Below, piece by piece: positions 49,262 through 62,068 of a stretch of DNA of 64,000 nucleotides (positions are counted from its first letter, which is position 1; every line of letters starts with the position of its first letter). Source of the stretch: Saccostrea cucullata (lineage: Eukaryota). The DNA is taken from contig NW_026929454.1 in assembly GCF_032062105.1 (NCBI RefSeq), positions 62,001 through 126,000 of the forward strand, read 5' to 3'. The translations under genes were made by a program, and so were the position numbers. The notes under the pieces are model-generated. The model had not been told where the DNA came from and did not search any database. It saw only the letters and a program-made list of their open reading frames with translations.

Positions 49262-51517
49262 TTATTTTATAAAATGGATGATATCTTTGAGATAATTAAA
49301 CTTGTCGTGACTTCTTATGTATAGGCATTCCCTGATGACAAAACCAAGATAACCTCCCATTCTGAAACAAAAAAGCAGTATTTTATTCAATCTTTTAAAA
49401 TTAAAATCTTGATAATAATGTTTTTTTTTTCTTTTTCATTAGAAAATCGTTTATCAAAATGTGTTTTATACCTACCCGTCTGGAACTGGTTGACTTCCGG
49501 TAACTAAATATCCGGTCCCAAACGGTGATACAAAGTTTTGTTCCGTTCGAAACCATCTCCCACATTCTTTGTCATTGTAGGAAATTCCAAACACTATGAA
49601 AATAAAGGAGACGCAATAACATTTGTATTTAATCACTAGAAAGAGAAATACAAGTAATTGAAATGATGGAAAGTCACAAATGTATATTACAGGGTTACTA
49701 CATATGATTCTATAACTTGTGGTCCTATACTTAATTCAACAATTTCATCTTTTTTGCGGAAAACAGTTTGCATAAATTGAACATATTGCATCTACCCATT
49801 TCAGACGTGTTTGAGATTCGAATCCTGAACAGTTTTTACAGTGACATCATAGCTTTTTTATGTCGTTTTTTTACATTATAAGTACAGATATAATTCAAGG
49901 GGGGGGGGGGTAGAAAAAATATAGTTCGGATCCAGATTTACTTTACCATACTTTTTTTTTGTGATACTTGCATATATAAGCAACACGAAAACTTGGGAAT
50001 AAGATACTTTTTTTATCTAAAATAGTCTTGATTTTAAATTGTATCCAGAAAAACAAAGTCAAATAAAAACATAACGACGTAATTACATTCTTGCTGTGTG
50101 GATATAGTCAAACCAATTTTTTGTTTTATTTTGATTTTTTTTCACAATTTAGTACTGCAAATGTCTGAATGAAATTTTAAGGCAAAAGTCTAAAAGATGA
50201 ACTTACTACTGTATGAAAATTTGGTTGACAATTTTGACAAGTAGTGGTGAAATAACTTTTGGATCAATCCTCGTACAGGTATTCATCACTAAATAAGACG
50301 TTTTTACAGGTACTAACCTGAACAACATATGAGCCGTCTCAGTCCTCCTTCAAAGTTGAGTCCATTGAGGTAGCTTTTCTGTGGACACACAAACGCTTCA
50401 CGTGCACCAGCGTCTTAAACAATTGTTAAGATTAAATTAAACATGAATATTTATTAATTTAAAGAAAAGACAGAGGTACATGTATTCTTTAAGTTAAAAA
50501 AATTGTACCTTCATATCCAATTTTCACAAAATAAATATATATTTTACAATATACAACATATCAATAGAATCTCTTCGTGTTTTTTTATATATAAGACTCT
50601 TACTACATTTCGAGTATTTTTAACCTCACATGTACATGAATGTGAAAACATTGAGAATAAAAGACCGAAAGTGTATAGTTAGTATTTGTTTCGTTACAAT
50701 CAAAAAGTAGTTCCTCGGCATTTATAGTAGAAATAAATATTACTGCTTCATCATGCCAAGATCATTGTCTTTATATAAAGCAGTGTATGTATTCTTCATA
50801 TAAAATTTCGGTTTGACTTACTGAAAACTGCACATTGTTTTACCGTTCCTGGCGGAGGAAGACATAATGAACCAAAAAATCTAGTTGGATCACCTCCTCT
50901 GAAGACAAGTGCTCCGTTATCCGAACAGTTTACATTTGAAACTTGAGCAGAAGTGGGTTCTGTGATTTCTACAATTTATTAAGTCTTGGTAAGTGGGAGA
51001 GTGAATAAGCAAACAAAGTAAAATTAAATAATAAAAGCACACATTTTGATACCCGTTCTTGACATTAATCCGTCTCCTATTCAATAAAATATTGGTCCAC
51101 CGGATTCAATTCCTGATGAGATACATAAAAAAACTAAATATACACTTATGTTCCTGAATACTACGTAAGGCATTTTTTTGTCCCGTAAATGGTGTGTACT
51201 TTATTTTTAATGAATAAATATAACAATGGAATCCTGTTAATTCACGATGTTGTATTTAGAGTTATGAGAACTGCTTTTGTCAATCACGAAAATTACATAA
51301 TATGTAACTCGGTATGTTTCAGAACATTCTATAGGACTGAATTTATGTTTTCTTGCAAAATAACTCTAAACAACTAAATTATTGACATAAAATTTCTTAA
51401 TTATTCTTAAAATGACTTTATAGATTATTTCTTACCTTGAACAACATCCCCAAGCTTTATTCGTACTGCATTCACCGTCAAACATCCCAGCAAGCAAAGA
51501 AATACATTGATTATCAT
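49262..51517 (-). CDS. Secreted 8-Cys protein, paralog X2 (180 aa); exons 51517-51436, 50968-50822, 50413-50318, 49593-49476, 49361-49262
   Basis: All introns GT-AG; exon total 543 nt, open frame. MIINVFLCLLGCLTVNA-VRIKLGDVVQEITEPTSAQVSNVNCSDNGALVFRGGDPTRFFGSLCLPPPGTVKQCAVFNAGAREAFVCPQKSYLNGLNFEGGLRRLICCSVFGISYNDKECGRWFRTEQNFVSPFGTGYLVTGSQPVPDGMGGYLGFVIRECLYIRSHDKFNYLKDIIHFIK*. Confidence 0.87.
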
Positions 51518-51944
51518 GTTCTTTTTGAAAAGAAAATGAGCTCCACATGCGTTTTATAGATATACCTCTGACATTGACTTCAGAAGTTAAATAAATATGG
51601 TTATTGTACATTTTGATTTATTTAGACTAATTAAATTTCTATAATTTGAATTTTTATAAGGAGAATATGTAAAATAAATCTTTAAAAATGTCAATTCTTA
51701 CTCGTTTATCTTTTGACAGGAAATAATAAATATCTCACGTTAAATATTTTTTCTATGAACCCTTCCTTTCTGGTTTTTGTATTTTTTTTTTTTTGTTTTA
51801 AATTAGCATAAATCTAGTTTTTTTTAAGAGAGAGAGAGAGAGAGAGATGTTGCATTTCATCATTGTTCTTATTGTTTTGTGATGATTTTTATTATAAACA
51901 AATTTAAAGGCAACTTTCTTGACAACGTCGGCGCTTATGCAAGA

Positions 51945-52900
51945 AGGATATGGAGATAACGAACAGTATTCAATCTCAACGTCCATTAAACAATATACAA
52001 AATAAGAGCAGAGCAAACACGGACCTCCGAAACATCAAAGGTGGGATCAGGTGCCAAGGAGGAGTGAGCATCCCCTGCCGACCGGTCACACCCGCCGTGT
52101 GCTCGTTGTCATGATCAGGAAATAACGGAAAAAATCCGTAGTCAATTCAATGTATAAATAATGGACTAACAATTGGTATGAAAAACGTCAGTCAGCATTT
52201 GACTCAATGATAAATTGTATTTGCTGACAAGGTCATTGTATCGACCACTGAATTTACGAAATGATGACTTTAAACGAGACTGTTGATATTCTTGTTTCAT
52301 CAACTTGCTTGTCAATAATTTACCTCGTTTAAGAAATGGTTCATACGTAGAGCATGCTCTTGCGTATCGAATCAACTGATATATATATACTCCGTATGCA
52401 GGTGATGAAGGTATATTGCTGCATAAGTAAGAGAATTTGACGATAGAAAAGTTAAAGTCATCACGTTTATCATATAGCTTGGTTGTTAGATTACCATTAG
52501 TGTCTTTTTCAAGTAAAATATCCAAGTATGAAGCAGAAGTGTCGGACTCTGTGGTATCTTTTATCTCAAGCTCACCAGGATATATCGTATCGACGTAGGA
52601 ATGGAAATTATCATTATTAATTGACAATACGTTGTCGATATATCTAAATGTCGAGTTGAAGGCCACAGCAAGTGTTTTCTTCTTTTCACGCATAAGATTT
52701 TGCATAAATTCTGCTTCATATGAATATGAAAATAAGTCTGCTAATAACGGAGCGCAATTTGTACCCATGGGAATTCCAATAGATTGTTGGAATACCTGGT
52801 CTCCAAAAACCACATAGATATTGGAAATAAGAAACTCAAGCATCTTCTTGATGTCAACTTCAGAGTACTTATGTGTGCAATCAGAATCTGTTTTAGCAAA
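51945..52900 (-). mobile_element. Naiad-type PLE, 5'-truncated, best preserved copy (RT ORF 52166-52843)
   Basis: QQSIGIPMGTNCAPLLADLF, FRYIDN, KLYDKRDDF, QLIRYARAC. The ORF ends without a C-terminal GIY-YIG. 3' motif at 52011-52104. Confidence 0.92.
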
Positions 52901-53761
52901 CTATCACGCAAGCCACTCTATTGATAACATCATGAAACTAAAAAATTATAGACAATTATTTCTTTAAGTCAATTTTATTAGTCTCTTTACATACAACATT
53001 TCAAAATCTTCCATGAACTGCCTTTGTTATATATTTGTTGACATCTCATAAACGACAATTCTCATTCAAAATAGTTTGTCGTTGCCCTGTTCTACTCCCA
53101 CTTCAATTATAGCCTAACAAGATCATATGGACGGCACAAAACAATATTGCGAAACATAAACGTAAAAAGTTTCCAAGGTCCAGGCGTTTGTTAAATTTAA
53201 AAAAAAATCATGTAAATAGGGCAGTAAGATGAAAATATGTTGAAATTCAAGTCGGATTGTTAGGAAAAATGAGCTTAATTTTGTCTTTTACTCGTGATAG
53301 TTTGTATGTATATTCTATCGTTAAAATCGGGTAAAACTACATAGTCCAGCATGTTTCCTCAAACTGTAAACAATTAGTGAGAGGTACATGTATCATCACC
53401 TATCAAACTAATTTTCTAACTAAAATCAAATAAGGAAGAAAAAACATTCCAAAAGGAAAACATGGCCTGGGAAGTTCAAGATCGGAGGGGAGGGGTGTAG
53501 AACGGTTGCCGTTTCTTCCTAAATGTATTTTCAATTGGCCTATGATTATCATTATAAGCACAATAATTATATCACAAAAGAATTTCCTTGTCCTTGTGTT
53601 GAAGTATGTCGGCGATTGTAAAATTCAGTAAAATTCAGTGTTTGTGTCGCAAAAGTCTACCATGCATGGATTCAGAATCTTTTCTCCAAATCTAACCAGT
53701 TTTTCTACCTCTTCAACTGGGGTCTATCTGTGTTTTCTAGGGCCTGTTACAAATAACTTTG

Positions 53762-54136
53762 TTACAATTTGAATCCTGTAAATAATGACCAATCGCATAA
53801 GCATACTCTCAAAATGCACCCTGTGTTCTTATCCACACTTTATCAATTTTCTTCATTTTCATTACAGCTGATGAAGACCCGGAGTCCAAATTAGATCTGC
53901 CATACGATGACACAAAAGCATTATATATCTGTAAAAATTATTTATTTATTGTGTGATAATTAAGAGTAAAATGTATAACCAATAACTTTACCCCTGTGAA
54001 CAATTTCTAAATAGTTTTCCACTCATTGTGAGAATCATCCATCGGAGATAGAAGAGGCCATTATCAGGTGCTGTGAATTTACCGGTGGTAGCCTTATAAG
54101 CATTTCCAGAGATTTTTAATACTTGTCCAAAAATAT
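53762..54136 (-). pseudogene. Decayed C1qDC gC1q exon
   Basis: IFGQVLKISGNAYKATTGKFTAPDNGLFYLRW...SGSSSAVMKMKKIDKVWIRT...FTGFKL*, with frameshifts and a ~60-bp AT-rich insertion. Confidence 0.85.
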
Positions 54137-55048
54137 TCGTACATGGAGTACATGGCGGGCTTTATCAGCAAACTGTGGATGCGTACGTCTCAATGGCTCA
54201 TGAATTAAACATTGCTTCAAATGTAACAGGTTGTCAGAAAAAATTGAACACCCTACAGCAACAAAAACTGAGATGAATATGTATCATCAATCTGATGAGG
54301 AAAATAAATATGTTCATGAGAAATATAGAAAGAAATATCGAGCAAGTAATTAAAAGTTAAAGCCCAATAATATGTCCTCTTTATCTGTCGGATTTTATTT
54401 CATGAACCTGTATTTTTGACAATATAGACATTCATATAAAGTTTTTGACCATCCACTTTCAAAAATAGTGAGTCTTCAACTGATAATGCGAAAACAGTTG
54501 ACCACTAGGAGTTGAATTCTTTTTCTGAAAAGCGTTCAACTGATTTGTGAAATATACTAATCTTTGAAACAGTTTATAAACAAACATTTCATTTGTATGA
54601 ATTATATTCAGAAAAAGAAAAGTATTTAATCTCAAATGCCCATGGGCAAGTAATGACTGCTTGCTGGAAATCCACTTGCCCAGTATAGGTCTCTATTATT
54701 CTTTACTTTTTTTAAATATTAAAAGAATTCTGAAAACTAATTGTCATGCATCACGTGTTTTGTTGCTTTTCTTGTTGTGTTGGTAAAAATATGCCATTGC
54801 TTTAGACTAATTCTATACATAACCCTTTCTGCACAGAAAATGAAAAAAGCATGTAAAAACTTATATTTATGAGAGTGTGCCAGCTCAATTCATTTATAAC
54901 ATGCATTTAGATTTATATGTATATTTATGTCAATTCAGAAACTCCATTGTTTTGACTTTTCATATTTTCAAGAATACTGCTTGTCTTAGATTTCAAATTT
55001 CCCTCCATTTTTTTCAAATAATGCATGCAACGTTCGTGCACTGACTAA

Positions 55049-55300
55049 TGGAGCATTCAACTAGCGGTCAACTGCAAAGGAAATAGAGGAGTATTCAACT
55101 AGCGGTCAACTGTAAAGGAAATAGAGGAGTATTCAACTAGCGGTCAACTGCAAAGGAAATAGAGGAGTATTCAACTAGCGTCAACTGCAAAGGAAATAGA
55201 GGAGTATTCAACTAGCGGTCAACTGCAAAGAAAATAGAGAGTATTCAACTAGCGGTCAACTGCAAAGAAAATAGAGGAGTATTCAACTAGCTTCAACAGC
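55049..55300. repeat. 38-bp minisatellite, ~7 copies (GGAGTATTCAACTAGCGGTCAACTGCAAAGGAAATAGA)
   Basis: Direct tandem repeats with period 37-38 bp. Confidence 0.95.
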
Positions 55301-56709
55301 AAAGAATATATGGGAGCATTCAATAGTGGTCCACTCTATGCAAATGAGTCGAATGCTCCCTCATTTGCATGGCAAAATTCAACTAATGGTCAATTGATGG
55401 TCAGTTGACCGTCAACTAGTAGTCAACTGAATACTCCGATTGAATTCTAATAGTATTGTACATATGGGATTGTTTGATTTTTTAAATTGAGGATTACGTA
55501 TTTTTAGGTAATTAGTGAAAAATCCTTATTCCAGTTGGTACATCCGTGTTATTTAAGTGATTTATTTAAACTAGGGCAGACAAAATGTATATTACACAAA
55601 ATATTACATACTAAATGTCTTAACATTAAGTATACATTGCTTTTGATGATCATTATTGGTAACAATTAATTTTTCAAAATATTTTACACTAAGAAGGAAA
55701 TCCACTTAACTCTACATGGATCTATAATAAAGCAAACAAGCTAGATGTAAAACCTAGTTTAAACCTTATACGTACTTTAAACAATTTATAAGTATAAACC
55801 TACTGCGCTGATATCACACAAGGAAGAACCCCCAAATTGTTAGAGTTTGTACGAGTGGAAAACAACAATCCCCCACAGGCAAATAGTGGTGTCTAAATAT
55901 GAATGAAAACTCTCGAAGGGAAGTTAAAAAACACCAACAAATTCATTCAAATTTTAGCCAGTTACAAAAATCCACTAGCAAACCAATCAAATATTTAGAG
56001 AGTATGTTATGTTCATTATCAAATACTTACAGTTTAATTGAGCAAATTTAATGTCTATTGCCTGAGCTGTCTCCAATAATCCTGAAGGTACTATGACTTG
56101 CTTTTGTTTTCATATGCAAATTCTGCTGATCGTACATTTGCTAATTTTTTTAAGACTCCGTTCAAAGGTATATAATTACTAAGAAATACAAATGTCTTGT
56201 ATTTCACCAAGATAATTCAATATGCAGATAGTTCTGATAGTTTTTTGGTATCAATCTTCATTTGTAATGTTGTTTGATTATCTAAGCATAGAACCCTATT
56301 ACACGGTGTACATACATATAAAATATTTGTAGCTCAATTAACGATCCTCTCTGCTGACTTTATAACACAGTGAGGGAGAAGGATTGTTTTAATTTTTATA
56401 TATTTTAATTGATCTTTTTTGGGGGTGTAAACAAACGGTGGATTAGACTGAATGAAATGTAATTATAGACTTCACTATACAGGATCGTCATCATGTTGCT
56501 AAATGTGCATTAATTGAAACTGAATGTCTTGATATATCGAGTGTTAATTCCTTTAATCTCTTGAGGTTTTAAACCACTAGATAATGAAATTAGTTTCTAT
56601 TGTCATAAAATCGTTCTGTCCGTCGGTATCTTTGTCCAATTTGTAAATACAAATGATAAATTGAATTGATTTTGAAAGTTTTGAAGGTTTATTTCAGCTA
56701 ACAATATCG

Positions 56710-58140
56710 TTACAATTTGAATCCTGAAAATGAAGACCAGTTTGCATGAGCATACTGTCCATATGCACAATGTGTTTTTATCCAGACTTTATCGTTCTTC
56801 TTCATTTTTATTACAGCTGATGAAGACCCGGATGCCAAGTGATGACTGTTTGTCTTGCCATCCGAATGATTATAGCCCAAAGTTTTGCCGTTGTGAACAA
56901 TTTCAGTGGGAAATAATTTATTTGTGAGAATCGTCCAATGGAATGTGTAAAGCCCATCCTCAGGTGCTGTGAATTTGCCTGTGGTAGCGTTATAAGCATT
57001 TCCAGAGTTTTGTGTTACATACCCAAAAATAACAACAGTGTAGTTACCAAGGTTTTCCTGTGCTTTTGATACACGTGCATGAAAAGCGATCTTTTCTATG
57101 AAAAGAAATGACAAATATAATTATTTTACTGCATCACAAAATACAGAAAAAATCCTACTTTTTGCATTTTAGATATGGCTATAAAATGGCTTTAAAATGA
57201 ATTTTTACATAGTCAACTTTCTTAACTTGTTAAGCAATATACAATATGTACCTTTATCACCTGCTTTAAAGTTTATGTCTCCTGGTTGATATTGATAGGC
57301 ATGGGCCTGTTCTACGTAGGAACAGATTCTAAAACGAATCAAGCTATTGACAAAGGGTCGACAAAATTTTCTCTCAAACTCTGCACTTATCGCTATTGAG
57401 CAGTGAAGGATCTTTCTCGTGTTAGCACCAACTGCGACACGTGCCTCGGTTTATATGGTCGCATCCGAAGGACCGGTCTCCATGTCCCACAGTGGGATTC
57501 GAAACCTCGACTTAAAGATAAACTCTTTACTTAGCGACTCAAGAGCAGACGCTCTAACCACTGCGCTACGCGGGTAACATTAATAAGAGTAACAAATATG
57601 AGTAAAAAAAAAGCCTTATTTGCCTTACTGAAAAAGAAGAATAACAAGGACAATCATAACATACTATCAGTGACAGTTCTTGCTGATCAAAAAAAGGTTG
57701 AAGCAAGTGTGCTTTTTATAAGTGACTTCGGGTTATTGATCTAAATTGCTTTAAATATTTAAAAAAAAAACTTTCAAAAAACAAATCTTATCACTTATTG
57801 ACCTTCATGATTTGTTTACGGATCAAAATGATTCAGGGCTTTGGTGGTTGTGTACGACGTCGGCAAAGCACGTGACTCACAAAATATTTAACTCAAATTT
57901 CCGTAGGAAGACGATAATTTGAAACTGTTAAATACATTATTACATCTAAATTTCTGAATTATCCAAACTCAAGGCAAGTGGTGGGTTATCTATTCATTAT
58001 GTACATATACATGCATGTCAGTTTCTTAAACAAAAGTATTTTTTATATAAATACCTTTCTCTATTCCTGCACAGTTCCCATTTTGCAATTCATACAGGAT
58101 GCATAGAGCAAGCAAGCAGAATTGCTTCAAATATTCTCAT
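56710..58140 (-). pseudogene. C1qDC paralog C: intact gC1q exon 57095-56710; signal-peptide exon 58140-58055 carries a 4-nt (GCTT) duplication frameshift
   Basis: The gC1q ORF is open (IAFHAR...WSSFSGFKL*). The upstream exon reads MRIFEAILLA, frameshift, LCILYELQNGNCAGIEK|GT. Confidence 0.7.
57370..57574 (-). mobile_element. tRNA-derived SINE, same family as 45740-46044
   Basis: Shared CCGAAGGACCGGTCTCCA.GTCCCACAGT.GGATTCGAA...AGAGCAGACGCTCTAACCACTGCGC. Confidence 0.8.
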
Positions 58141-60627
58141 CCTATTTCAAGACGCAAAAAATGAATTTGAAATATGTTTCCAATGAGTGAGGCTATTTGC
58201 AATACCAGATAGCCTCAACTGTTTTCACTACTGCTACAAGAATATCGAAAAATGAAAAAAAAAATAGAAGTGTACCCTTTCTCATACTGTAATATACAAT
58301 GTTAACATAAAAAGTAGTGAACTATTATTACAACAGATGTATTTTAGAAATGTAAAGAGATTTATACTGTCATCCTTAAAGTATATAAACAACTTAGAAT
58401 GTGTATAAAAATGTATGTGTAACAAATATTAGAATCTTACCTTAATAAATTATCGAAAAAATTTAATAAATCTGCCTTGACAATTTGATTTCAAAACTAA
58501 GAGAGCGCAATATTTTATAACATTTAAATATAAAATATAAGAGAATCGTGATTAAAGAAAGGTAACAGGTTGTCAATAAATAAACACGCAACACCCTACA
58601 GCGAAAAAACTGCTATAAACATGTCTCATCAATTTGATGAAGAAAATAAAATGAATTGGTTCCTGAAAAATATAGACAGTTATGTCATACGAATTATGTA
58701 AAGCTCAAGATCAATTACCCAGTCCTGTTTTTCAGTCCGATCTAATGACATTGAAAGGTATTGTTAACAATGTAGATATTCATCTGCTTTTTTTCAAATT
58801 TTCAACCCACTATTTCTTAAGATTGTTAACCTTGTGTTATGAAACCGTATTGCTTAAAATGTGGAGATGAAAATAATACTTGTTTTAATTTCAGTCGTTC
58901 AGGTTAATACACCTAAAATTCAAAAAATGGAGAAAAAAAATTTCAATAAAATATAAAAAAAAAAAAATTATAATACAGTTTTTAAATGACAAATATCTAT
59001 ATTGATCAGCGATATAAATCTCCTCTTTCCGTCAACAGCAGGGCCCCTATATTTGCCGCTCATTTGGTTTTTGTTCAATATAAAAAAGTTTTTATAAGTG
59101 AAGACGGAAGTATTATGTCTTACTTCAGTAAAACTCCCAGTATCTACTTAAAAGCAGAGATCAGCTTTACTTTTGGTTGTAACATAATGCATGCAATATA
59201 TAGTCTTGCAAAAACACCTGAACGATTCAACAAGAGGATCGTTAAAAGAACGAAAAATAAAATAAATATTTAAATTTAAAAAAATACCGGGTATTTGACA
59301 CAGAAAAATTTTGATGGAGAGAATCTATATAGACTCGCAGCTAGGTTAAGGATTCCCAAAGGTAGATCAGTCTATGCAGAAAATCGGGAACTCGATTATG
59401 ACGTCATGTTAAAATTGTACAAATGAATATTGGCGAATAAATAATAATTTTCTTTTTCATACATTCTTACTTACTGTTATTTCTCATAATTATTGTAAAC
59501 ATAAACTGTGTAACTTATCTTGTCATTAAAACACTATTTGAATGTAAAATCAAAGCCTTGATCTCGCTACATGCTGACAGATATGACGTCATAGACTATT
59601 TTGACATGCAGTTTCTCTGTACTTGAGAAGCAAATCATTGCCACTTGAAAATATGAAAATTAAAACTAAATAAGCGTGATATGACTAAAATTGAGTCATA
59701 TTTTGCATTACTCTATATTTCACTGTATTATTTAATTGATAACAATTAGGTATCTTATAAAGTCGCAGTCATGCACTTTTATGCATAAAAGTACTACAAT
59801 AACAGGCACAACCCCTCTAAAATCTCAAAAGTTCAACGATATCCGCTTACCTATAAATTATATTTTATACACATGTCGCTACTGTCCCTACTATTTTGAA
59901 AAGTGCTGGGGCAAGTCTCGCTGTTGCCTATTCTATCTGGGTGCACATAGGACTGCGTTCGTGAACAAGCATTTTAATTGCAGCATGACATATATTAAAA
60001 TAACAAACTGTGGTGAAGCTCCAAAGTCCATTAAACAATACAAAGAGCAAGAGCCACTTTGAACCATATTTGGCCCTGAGAATTTCCGGAAAAATCTAAA
60101 CTGCTCAGTTTAGGTGGCAAATGCAGTATTTATCACTTGAAATGTTTGTGACCATCTTATTGTTCATGACGTAATTTTCTCTCTAGTCAATTATTACGTC
60201 ATAAAATGCGTCATTTTCCTCATATCCTGTAAATTTCTTTGAAAATGACTTAAAGTTGAAGTATTTTTTCAATATTTAATATAGAGCACAACCTCTGATC
60301 CAAAATATGCAAATACAAAATGAAAGATCTGTTTCTGAAGATCCAAAAACATGTTTTATTTTTTTTTATCCTTGGCAGTGGTCATATTTTAATTCTTTGC
60401 TGAAGATCTCAAATACGCATGTTTTCTGCAAATTTAAAGAACATTGCTATTTCTCAAAGCCCGTTTTCCAATATCTGGATTCTCAAAAAGAAATTTTATT
60501 ACAGGAAATTAAAGCACCAAGTGTCTACTTTATTTTGATGTAAGAAATGAGAAAGAGGGTAAAGTTAATCAGTTAATATAAGTACAGGACCATTTTATGC
60601 ATAAAGTGAACCTAGCTCTTTAGTATC

Positions 60628-60718
60628 AGAGCAATCATGGACCTCTGAAACATCACAGGTGGGATCAGGTTGCCATATAGGATTTAGTATCCCCTACCAC
60701 CGTGTGTTCTTTGTCATT
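60628..60718 (-). mobile_element. Naiad-type PLE 3' motif fragment
   Basis: GGACCTCTGAAACATCACAGGTGGGATCAGGT.GCCAT...ATCCCCT...CCGTGTGTTC. Confidence 0.7.
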
Positions 60719-62068
60719 AAAAACATAGCTCCTCAAAATCAAAAGTTATGGATAAGATTAAAGTTTTTGCGGGAAAAAAAGCTAAACAGACAGATAGACA
60801 GATAAAGAAAAAGACATACAGACAGACGGACGGACACATGGGCCTCTCACATGCTAAGCAAGAATAATACCCCTAGACTATCGAGACTTTTCAGTAGGTC
60901 ACATGTTTATATCACGTTGCTCATTGTCAAACTTTCACACAAAACATGATATTGTGTAGTTTCGCTTTCACTATTTGGAATTCGGAATCTAGAAAAAATT
61001 GCACTAGTTTTTTTTTTTTTTTTTTTTTTACATAATTAGGTCCCTCATTCCTGTAAATCACCTCAATGGTTGATGACTCAGGATCTTATTTTTTATACAC
61101 TCTCTAGTCAAGGTATTTCATTAAATGACCAAATTAAATACCAGGGCAGATTCAGAATTTTCCATGGTTAAATATTTTACATATTTCATTTTTAATTTAA
61201 ACAGGTTAAGATTTTTTTTCTGTCCATATATATTTTATGTTTATTTTTAACAGGTTTAAATATGTCTACTTGTTATCTATAATCCTTTCATATTTAATTT
61301 TTGGACATGTTATCATTTTAAATGTTTTCTGTAAAATATTTAAACAGATTCAGATTTTGTTTCTTATATGAATTTTGGTGGTCCCTATAATCTCAATAGT
61401 ATTTTTAAAAAAAATCTCTTTAAGAAGAATTTAACAAGATATTTTTATGCTTGTAATAGAATAGTAGGTTTTGCAAAATCTTACAATCAACTAAAATTTT
61501 TGGTCTTAGTAGTAAGTTCTTTTTTTAAACTGGCCCCAGTTTTTTTTTTATTTACCAAGGTAATATTTTCAATAGTGTTTACACTCTTTGAATTGGTGTT
61601 TTTATGCTCATTTCGTTTCCAATAAAAATTGAAATTGTTTTCTATAGTATTGTCACATCTATGTTTAATAACAATGCTTTGACTGTAAAACTAGTGTAAG
61701 AATATCTTGACTTGCATTCCTAGTCAAGGACATAAGATGCAGCAATCTTTCCTTGATGACTGTATCTTTCCCAGCTAAATTCTTTTGTATTATTATAGTT
61801 TTAAATTTTTGACCTTTTTTTCAAAATATCAAGTTTTTCACTCTTCAACATGTTTTTAACAAGCAGAACCAGTTTGTTCCGTTGGATTACCAGTTTGTTT
61901 TTTAACAAAAGTATTATTATTTGCAGATTAAAATCTTAAATATACTGTATTAAACATTCAAATTATTCAATTAATGAAATATAATTTAATGACAAGCTCA
62001 CAGAAATATTCAAAATGTCATATGTTTAAAAGATTAATGCACATTTCTCTCAATGGCAAAACTGTCTT

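Noticed and set aside
55049-55300. CRISPR-like array
   Set aside because: Contiguous tandem repeats with no unique spacers, in a eukaryotic context with no cas genes.
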